NCBI GenBank assembly: GCA_964522415.1
Contig: CAZFVQ010000010.1
Location: 7,857-71,856 of the forward strand
DNA length: 64,000 bases
Source of the DNA: an uncultured Rikenellaceae bacterium
GTDB taxonomy: Bacteria > Bacteroidota > Bacteroidia > Bacteroidales > VadinHA17
Reading direction: 5' to 3'
Below the pieces are notes generated by a model that ran no database searches, had not been told where the DNA came from, and saw nothing but the letters and a program-made list of their open reading frames with translations. Position 1 is the stretch's first letter; every line of letters starts with the position of its first letter. The translations under genes and the position numbers were made by a program. Below, in pieces: positions 19,081 through 26,212 of this stretch.

Positions 19081-20685
19081 TCAAGTATAAATAACCATTT
19101 CACGTTCGGCATCCCAGCCCATTCCCTGAACATACATAGTGTACATTCCGGGCTGTGAAAAACCGTCCCACACCACTTCATGCTTCCCGGGCTCGAGACC
19201 ATCAGCCTTCAGGCGCCAGACAACATCCCCGAAACGGTTCTTGACATCTACATACACATCGCTTTCCTGAGGAACGTTTACTTCCATAACAATACCATCC
19301 TTGTTGTCCGTTCCGAGAGCTTTGATTGAAGGTTTACTGTCATAAGCCATCGTACCCGTTTTCCATGCCGAATAATCAAAAGGCTCATCAACCAGATGAT
19401 AGCGGTCTTCATCATGGCCTTCCCAGTTCCTTCTCAGATAAAGAGTAACCAGGGGAGTACGCTTCAGGGTATCAAGATTCACCTTCGTGGCTTTCCCGTT
19501 CTCCCACAAATACACCGGTATGTCAAAGGGATCAAGAACATCCGATACCCCGCGTTCTATCCCTATGTGAAACAGTCCGAAATTGCCCGGTTCATGACCT
19601 GTAAGCCAGTGTGAAATAATATCAACCCTGAAAGCATCCTTACCGAAAATCACGCTGTTAGTCATGAATTTCCCTGGCTTTCCGTCATGCGGACCGCCAT
19701 TAAAGCCATCGCCATCCTGGGCATAAACACCTTCAACAATATTTATTCCGGTTGGTATCACACTGTAGGCATCAATCATTCTCTGTACCCATTGCTCCAT
19801 CCAGAAGCCACCTCCGTAAGGGGGCCTGTCCTGCTTGCTCCTCCACCTGGGCATTCCCTGTGCCTCATGTATCTTCTGAAGCTCGGCAATTTTTTCCATA
19901 TAATCGGGCTGGAAGAATTTGTGGTAACGCTTGTCATATGTCTTGAAAATATCATAGTTACCTCCGCAAAACTGGTGAAATCTTCTTGCCGTAGTGCCCT
20001 GCAGATTCTTTATTGCACCTGTTACTCCCATCTGGTGAGTTTTAAGCTTGGCAAGGTTTATCAGGAAGGTACCGTCTGCCGACATGGGCGCCATGAAACC
20101 GACTTCCCTGAATACCACTCCCCCGTTCACTTCCCGGAAAATTATTTCACCTTCGGGAAGATCCCAGAAATCCTTTGAAGTCAGATCCTTAAGATCAAAG
20201 TTATTTCTCCGTGCCATGTCATAATAACCCAGCGGCTCCCACTGATGTGTGCAGGCACATTCCCTGAGATAGAACTTTTCCGGACCCAGTGTCTTTACAC
20301 CTCTGAGAAATCCTTCAATATAATTAAGATCTGTCGTTATTCCCAGACTGGACAGCGGATCGTTCGGATCCGGCCTCCCTGTACATGTCCAGTTGGGCTT
20401 GCATGTTATCGCTGTAGATAAGGGATATCCTCTCCCATCATTTGTTCTGACGAACATTTCCCCTGCCAGTTTGAATGCTGCATCATGAATAGCCTGACTG
20501 TCATCCGGTGCTCCGACCGAAGTCAGATTGATAAAAACAGCTTCCGGATGTTCCTTTATAAAAGGATGAAGGTCAAAACCATTTCCGCCCTGTAGTCCTG
20601 AACCGGCAAAAGCATCATAGGCAGGGTTAACAAGTCCCATCATTCCTGCTGCAGATGAGAGTTTTATAAAATCACGTCTTTTCAT
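19081..20685 (-). CDS. DUF362-domain protein with twin-arginine signal and C-terminal FlgD-Ig-like beta-sandwich
   Basis: The leader is MKRRDFIKLSSAAGMMG. DUF362-like motifs are ITCKPNW, INLAKLKTHQMGVTGAIKNLQG and IVEGVYAQDGDGFNGGP. The C-terminus GKHEVVWDGFSQPGMYTMYVQ resembles FlgD-Ig / T9SS-CTD-type domains. Confidence 0.65.
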   Translation of the reverse strand: MKRRDFIKLSSAAGMMGLVNPAYDAFAGSGLQGGNGFDLHPFIKEHPEAVFINLTSVGAPDDSQAIHDAAFKLAGEMFVRTNDGRGYPLSTAITCKPNWTCTGRPDPNDPLSSLGITTDLNYIEGFLRGVKTLGPEKFYLRECACTHQWEPLGYYDMARRNNFDLKDLTSKDFWDLPEGEIIFREVNGGVVFREVGFMAPMSADGTFLINLAKLKTHQMGVTGAIKNLQGTTARRFHQFCGGNYDIFKTYDKRYHKFFQPDYMEKIAELQKIHEAQGMPRWRSKQDRPPYGGGFWMEQWVQRMIDAYSVIPTGINIVEGVYAQDGDGFNGGPHDGKPGKFMTNSVIFGKDAFRVDIISHWLTGHEPGNFGLFHIGIERGVSDVLDPFDIPVYLWENGKATKVNLDTLKRTPLVTLYLRRNWEGHDEDRYHLVDEPFDYSAWKTGTMAYDSKPSIKALGTDNKDGIVMEVNVPQESDVYVDVKNRFGDVVWRLKADGLEPGKHEVVWDGFSQPGMYTMYVQGMGWDAEREMVIYT

Positions 20686-20777
20686 TTATTGATAATTAGA
20701 TTCAGTTTAAATAATTATTCTTTATTGTTAAACATTTAATTTCAGTATTTGTTTGGATCATCCGGTATGCCACCCGG

Positions 20778-22391
20778 TCAGGTTGCAAGAGGTTGACCTT
20801 TCGGATATTTTACCTGTCTGTGTGAAATCCGGTAATCGTTCTTTTTAGCAGTGAATGTTGCATTCAGATATTCTCCCAGGTGAATCTGTCCGGAAATGGT
20901 ATCTCCCGACAGCGTCCCGGAGAAAATATAGGGTACACTATCTGCAGTCAGCCTTCCGGTGCTGCTCAGCTTAACCTGATCACCTTCAATGGTACCGGCA
21001 ATTTCCCTGAACGAGAATTCAGTCCTGTGAGATCCCTGCAGCCAGTTTCCATCCTGTTCCAGTAAAAATGTATGACTGCCCTTACTGCTGAAGAACTGAA
21101 CATCCACTGCCCACCTTCCGCTTATGTCAGCAGCCGGGCGTACCATCTCCGCGGATTTGGAATATTTTTTCGACAGGAGTTCAAAGATCCGGTCTGCAAC
21201 AATCTTATCGTCACCCGGCTGCATCTGTCCTGAATTAACTCTCAGGGAGGAAATTCCGTCCTCGTCATTGATGCTACCGCGAAGGGCTATCCTGGGTTTG
21301 GTGTTTGCAAGGATTTCGGCAATATCGGGTCCCGTCACATTAAACCCCGCAGAATCCCATGAAATCATCAGAACAGGACTTCTGTTATTCAGATTGAGAG
21401 CTTCAGGTTCCCTTATTTCCGTTTTAATACCTTTTATCTTTAAAACGCGCCTGGAGACAGTGTCAAGGTAGCCCATCCAGGTCCGGTATTTTTCATCATG
21501 ATCCCGTTTAACCCAGGCTTCCACTGCCGCCAGCATTCCCATCATTTCCTCCTTGCCAACCTTATTATCCCTGCCTGTGCCATGATGAGGCGAACTTGCC
21601 TGCCAGGCAGACATGAGCAGATCTTTCCTGCCGAGAAGCAATCCGGCACCCTGGGGACCACACATTGCCTTTCCCCCGCTGTAAGCCACAATTGAAGCTC
21701 CTGCTTCAAGATGAACATTTGGTATGGTCAGGTCCTCTGCCGCAGCATCAACAAGGAAGGGAATATTCCCCGGCTTCGCCAGGGCAGCTATCTTGTCGAT
21801 GGCAAATCTGTTCCCGGGCAAAGTGTCATTACCTGTCATAACATATATCATTGCCGTACGGGAATTCAGGGATTTTTCCAGTTCTTCAAGACTGTCAACT
21901 GTAATAATTGTTACTCCGATATTTCGTATTGCATGATCATAGGCATTCCTGGAACTTCTGGGAATAATAACCTCGGTTTTGTCAAGACCTGTAAGATCGG
22001 GTATCCGGATCAGTTTTTCAGGATTGCCCCCTGAGACGCAGGCAGCCGTAACATGTTTCATTCCGGCAGCACAACCGGCAGAAATCATACCCCATTCAGC
22101 CCCGGTCAGTTCAGCCAGGCGTCTGCCTATCCCCATTGCCAGTTCATCCATCTGGACAAAATGGCGGGCTGCAAAACCAATTGTTTCAACAACTTCCGGC
22201 CGTTCAAGGGATCCGCTGATAATGGTGAATGTACCCATGCAATTTATAACCGGTTCCACTCCTATCGACTGGTAAATATTCGGACCCGGTTCAAGAGGCC
22301 CCTTCCCTTTTGACAAAGCTGATTCAAGAGGAAGAAAACTACCGGCTAAAGGCAGTATTGTCAGACTTTTGATAATATCTCTTCGTTTCAT
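20778..22391 (-). CDS. SelA/DgaE-like PLP enzyme with twin-arginine signal, long paralog carrying a ~135-aa C-terminal extension
   Basis: The leader is MKRRDIIKSLTILPLAGSF and the PLP motif is SIVAYSGGKAMCGPQGAGLLLGRKDL. The beta-rich tail starts around ...AADISGRWAVDVQFFSSKGSHTFLLEQDGNWLQG... Confidence 0.7.
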   Translation of the reverse strand: MKRRDIIKSLTILPLAGSFLPLESALSKGKGPLEPGPNIYQSIGVEPVINCMGTFTIISGSLERPEVVETIGFAARHFVQMDELAMGIGRRLAELTGAEWGMISAGCAAGMKHVTAACVSGGNPEKLIRIPDLTGLDKTEVIIPRSSRNAYDHAIRNIGVTIITVDSLEELEKSLNSRTAMIYVMTGNDTLPGNRFAIDKIAALAKPGNIPFLVDAAAEDLTIPNVHLEAGASIVAYSGGKAMCGPQGAGLLLGRKDLLMSAWQASSPHHGTGRDNKVGKEEMMGMLAAVEAWVKRDHDEKYRTWMGYLDTVSRRVLKIKGIKTEIREPEALNLNNRSPVLMISWDSAGFNVTGPDIAEILANTKPRIALRGSINDEDGISSLRVNSGQMQPGDDKIVADRIFELLSKKYSKSAEMVRPAADISGRWAVDVQFFSSKGSHTFLLEQDGNWLQGSHRTEFSFREIAGTIEGDQVKLSSTGRLTADSVPYIFSGTLSGDTISGQIHLGEYLNATFTAKKNDYRISHRQVKYPKGQPLAT

Positions 22392-22433
22392 GGTGTTTGG
22401 TTCAGTTAATATTTAGAGTTCCTGTAAGTCCTG

Positions 22434-23699
22434 TTAAAATTTGATTGTCTGGTTTTCAAGCCAGCTTCTGGCTGAAATTCCGTTCTGATCATATACCACT
22501 TTCCCTGAGCGGATAGTAAGCTCGGTTTCTATTCTGCGGTCTCCGTCAAGCCTGCATCCGGCTGCATCAATGAAGCCAAATTTCCCCTCTCTTATGCTGA
22601 AAACAGCTATATCGGCCACCGCCCCTTCACTTAAATGTCCCAGATCCTCTCTTTTCAGAGATTGAGCCGGATTCCAGGTGGCTCTGAAAATGATTTCTTC
22701 AAAACTCATACCAATATTAAGGTACTTCGACATAATATCGAGCATATTTTTCATTCCGGAATTCATGCTTATGCGGTGAAAATCGGTACCAAAGGAATCT
22801 GGCCACAGTCCCTGCCGGAATGCAGGTATGGCAATATTGAAATGAAACATGCCTCCTCCGTGACCCACGTCAAATTTTATCCCTGTCTTCCTTGCGTCAG
22901 CCACAAACGGCTTAATCCTCCCCTTTTCGTCAAGAAGGCATTCCCTGTCGGAAGCCACACAAAATGAATGTGTATAAATATCTCCTTCCTTCATCCTTGC
23001 AAGAATTCCTTCCAACGGAAGCAGTGGCAGATGACATTCTACAAGAAGAGGAACATCAGAAATCCTTGCTGCTTCGGCAGCTCTGTCAAAGGGGGTCCAC
23101 TCACTCCCCCTGAAATGGCCAATCTTGACACCAACAATTATCCCGGGATACTGTCCGATCACCAGTGAAGTCATGCGGGCATCCATATCATTTATATCCT
23201 CCTCATGGGGAAATCCCGTCATTCCCGATCCTGCAATATTCAAAAAGGCAAGCACCCTTGTCTGGGATCTGTCAATCACCTGCTGCTTGAACAGAGGAAA
23301 GCTTCTCCAGCCGGAAGTTCCGGCATCTGCAACAGTAGTGACACCTGATTTGAATGTAAAATCATCAGGAGAAACACTGGAAAAACCATTTGCAAATCCC
23401 GTTTCCGGGCCAACAAACACATGAGTGTGAATATCTATGAGTCCCGGAGTAACATATAATCCATTTAAATCAATAACCTTTCTTGCTTTTTCTGAAGAGA
23501 TGGACGGAGATACTTTTACGATCCTGCCATTGGAAACGGCAATATCCATGCGTCCGTTTATTTTGTTTTTCGCGTCAATCAGATGGCCGCCCCGGAGAAG
23601 AATATCAATCTCCTGTGCAAATACACTGCCCGAAGACAGTGTTGAGAACAGCAAAAATATACACAGCAGCCTGAAAACTTTCAGGATTGATTGCCGCAT
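22434..23699 (-). CDS. Exported amidohydrolase-superfamily metallohydrolase, paralog 2 of 3
   Basis: I placed the start at the Met giving the signal MRQSILKVFRLLCIFLLFSTLSSGSVFAQ (complement of 23697-23699). Motifs: PGLIDIHTHVF, GVKIGHF, GTDFH. The ORF-track start at 23756 would overlap the upstream paralog. Confidence 0.8.
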   Translation of the reverse strand: MRQSILKVFRLLCIFLLFSTLSSGSVFAQEIDILLRGGHLIDAKNKINGRMDIAVSNGRIVKVSPSISSEKARKVIDLNGLYVTPGLIDIHTHVFVGPETGFANGFSSVSPDDFTFKSGVTTVADAGTSGWRSFPLFKQQVIDRSQTRVLAFLNIAGSGMTGFPHEEDINDMDARMTSLVIGQYPGIIVGVKIGHFRGSEWTPFDRAAEAARISDVPLLVECHLPLLPLEGILARMKEGDIYTHSFCVASDRECLLDEKGRIKPFVADARKTGIKFDVGHGGGMFHFNIAIPAFRQGLWPDSFGTDFHRISMNSGMKNMLDIMSKYLNIGMSFEEIIFRATWNPAQSLKREDLGHLSEGAVADIAVFSIREGKFGFIDAAGCRLDGDRRIETELTIRSGKVVYDQNGISARSWLENQTIKF

Positions 23700-23740
23700 A
23701 TACCTGGCGTAAAATATTCCATCCATCCCTGATATTATTA

Positions 23741-25033
23741 TCACTTCTCGTTCCACATCGGCGCTCCTATACCATTAAGATCCCATACGATCCTGCCCGC
23801 GCGAATCGTGAGTTCTGCCTCAAGCTTCTTGTTTCCTTTCATCTTTGTGCCACGCACGTCCAGAAATCCGAAATCACCCGTATGAAGACTGAACACGGCC
23901 ACATCGGCATCCGCACCCGGACTGAGAGTACCAAGATCAGTTCTTTTGATGACTTTTGCAGGATTAAGGGTTGCTCGTCTGATTACATCCTCAAGCGGAA
24001 GTCCCATATTAAGAAATTTCGAAAGCAGGTTTGCCATATCCTTCATTCCGCTGTTCATGCTTCCGATATGAAGATCCGAACTGATCACGTCAGCAATGAA
24101 CCCCTGCTGTACAGAAGGTATTGCCTGCTTCCAGTGAAAAGCTCCCCCGCCATGACCCACATCGAAAATAATCCCTCTTTTCTGGGCTTCGAAAACAAAG
24201 GGTTTTACCCTTCCGTTTTCATCCACCGGCACCTCACGGTCCCAGGGTGCATTGGCATAGGTATGTGTCCAGATATCTCCCGGTCTGAGATGCTTCATAA
24301 ACAGTTCCTCAATGGAAAGAGGCGGATCATGTTCGCCCAGGTCAACCATTACCGGAACATCAGCCAGCCTCCCGGCTTCAACTGCCTGATCAACCTGCGT
24401 AAAATCCGGGCCCCAGTAATGAGCAGACTTGACACCAACAAGGATATCCGGGAACAGTCTTTTAATCATGTACGAAACCATCACCGGATTCATATCACTG
24501 ACATCCTGTTCTTCAAATCTGCCATACATACCCGTGCCGACAATATTGAGAAAAGCCAGGATTCTTGTCCGTGACCTGTCGATAGTCTGTTCCTTGAATT
24601 TCCTGAAATTCCTCCATCCGGCAGATCCTGCATCAACAACCGTAGTGACGCCTGCCCTGAAAGTGAATCCGTCCGGAGGCAGGGCATCCCAACCATCGGC
24701 AATATAAGACCCCGGCTCGGTTCCGTGAAAAGCATGAACATGCATGTCAATCAGGCCCGGGGTTACATACATGCCACTGGCATCAATAAGCTTGTTTACA
24801 TCCCTGGCGGGAATGTCGGGAGCCACTCGAAGTATTCTGCCTCCTGCTATGGCCACATCCATTTTCTTATCAATACCGTTGGCCGGATCTATAACATGAC
24901 CGCCTTTCAGCAGAATATCAATTGTCTGGCTATAAGACAAATCACTGCCGGCAAGAAAAAATGCAAACAAAAGCAGACAAGCTTTTGCCGGAAATGTCCG
25001 TGTTATGGTTTTTATTATCCTGTTCCTCATCAT
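23741..25033 (-). CDS. Exported amidohydrolase-superfamily metallohydrolase, paralog 3 of 3
   Basis: Signal ...ACLLLFAFFLAGSDLSYSQ. Motifs: PGLIDMHVHAF, GVKSAHY, ISSDLH. It is colinear with the other two paralogs. Confidence 0.8.
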   Translation of the reverse strand: MMRNRIIKTITRTFPAKACLLLFAFFLAGSDLSYSQTIDILLKGGHVIDPANGIDKKMDVAIAGGRILRVAPDIPARDVNKLIDASGMYVTPGLIDMHVHAFHGTEPGSYIADGWDALPPDGFTFRAGVTTVVDAGSAGWRNFRKFKEQTIDRSRTRILAFLNIVGTGMYGRFEEQDVSDMNPVMVSYMIKRLFPDILVGVKSAHYWGPDFTQVDQAVEAGRLADVPVMVDLGEHDPPLSIEELFMKHLRPGDIWTHTYANAPWDREVPVDENGRVKPFVFEAQKRGIIFDVGHGGGAFHWKQAIPSVQQGFIADVISSDLHIGSMNSGMKDMANLLSKFLNMGLPLEDVIRRATLNPAKVIKRTDLGTLSPGADADVAVFSLHTGDFGFLDVRGTKMKGNKKLEAELTIRAGRIVWDLNGIGAPMWNEK

Positions 25034-25095
25034 TTGCTGATACTTTAAACATTAAATTTCATAATAAAATCAATGCCTAAATATAGGGAATATGT

Positions 25096-25122
25096 TTCCA
25101 TAAATATTTTAATTTTATGGAA
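25096..25122. promoter_or_regulatory. Perfect 9-bp inverted repeat TTCCATAAA-N9-TTTATGGAA (candidate operator)
   Basis: Read directly. It lies in the 277-bp divergent region between amidohydrolase paralog 3 (start 25033, minus strand) and the TIM-barrel gene (start 25311, plus strand). Confidence 0.4.
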
Positions 25123-25310
25123 TTCCTGACCACAGATCACGCTAAAGATATTATATTTAAAATATATTTCAATCTGCTTAATTCATAAATATTGTTAAAA
25201 TATTGTAAACCTTTACTTTACCTTGCAGATTGTTTGCTTTCCGAAGCAGGCGGGAAGGCCCTGTATTAAGTAACAAAATACTATATATAAGAACCTTAAC
25301 AGAAATCAAT

Positions 25311-26186
25311 ATGAACAGATTAACAAGGCGTCAGTTTATTGGCAAAAGTGCCCTGGGAATCGGATCAGCAGTAATTGCATCACATTTCCCTTCGGACCTC
25401 AAAGCTTTTACCCCTCCCAGGCATGTAAGGTATCCACTGGGTTTTCAGGTATGGACAATCCGTGAACAAGTCATAAGGGATTTTGCGGGCACCATGAAGA
25501 TGATGGCCGGAATCGGATATAAAAGTGTTGAAATGTGCTCTCCTCCCGGATATGAGCTTTCAGGTTTCGGTCCCCTGATGAAAATGACCGCCAGGGAAAT
25601 GAAGCAGATAGTAAATGATAACGGGATGCTGCTGGAAAGCACCCATTACACAATGAACGAACTCCGGAACAATCTTGATGAACGAATCAGTTTTGCAGCC
25701 GGGTCAGGACAGAAGCAGATGATACTTTCCAGTTTTGGCTTGCCGGGAAATGCTACAATGAGCGACTGGATGAAAGCTGCTGATGAACTGAACAAAATCG
25801 GAGAAAGGACAAAAAGGGCCGGTATCCAGACCGGCTTTCACAATCATCATACAGAATTCGGGGAAATCGATAATGTACTTATTTATGATGCCCTGCTCAG
25901 GCAGTTTGACCCTGAACTTGTAAAGATGCAGTTCCAGGTTGCCGTAATCGACATCGGATACAAGGCTGCAGACTATTTCAACAAGTATCCCGGAAGGTTT
26001 ATTTCTGCACATCTGGCAGACTATTCGGTACTTGACCGGAAGAATGTTGCCCTAGGCAAAGGTATTGTTGACTGGAAAGAGTTTTTTGCTTCAGCCGGCA
26101 GGGGTGGTGTGAAAAACATCTTCGTTGAAATGGATCAGGACACATTCAGTGACAGTGCCCTGTTTATCAAGAACCTGCAATATTAA
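25311..26186 (+). CDS. Sugar phosphate isomerase/epimerase-like (xylose-isomerase-type TIM barrel) protein with twin-arginine signal
   Basis: I placed the start at ATG 25311, giving MNRLTRRQFIGKSALGIGSAVIASHF. TIM-barrel family features include GYKSVEM, GIQTGFHNHHTEF and IFVEMD. Confidence 0.75.
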   Translation: MNRLTRRQFIGKSALGIGSAVIASHFPSDLKAFTPPRHVRYPLGFQVWTIREQVIRDFAGTMKMMAGIGYKSVEMCSPPGYELSGFGPLMKMTAREMKQIVNDNGMLLESTHYTMNELRNNLDERISFAAGSGQKQMILSSFGLPGNATMSDWMKAADELNKIGERTKRAGIQTGFHNHHTEFGEIDNVLIYDALLRQFDPELVKMQFQVAVIDIGYKAADYFNKYPGRFISAHLADYSVLDRKNVALGKGIVDWKEFFASAGRGGVKNIFVEMDQDTFSDSALFIKNLQY

Positions 26187-26212
26187 AATCAGTTGCATCC
26201 ACCAACGGTACG

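Noticed and set aside
23687-24574. 295-aa plus-strand ORF, together with similar long antisense ORFs at 15895-16569, 18067-18744, 50462-51232, 19687-20178 and 44314-44730
   Set aside because: Each lies entirely antisense to a gene with strong family motifs. Their translations are Ser/Arg/Pro/Cys-rich and show no recognisable domain. They look like typical shadow ORFs opposite real coding frames.
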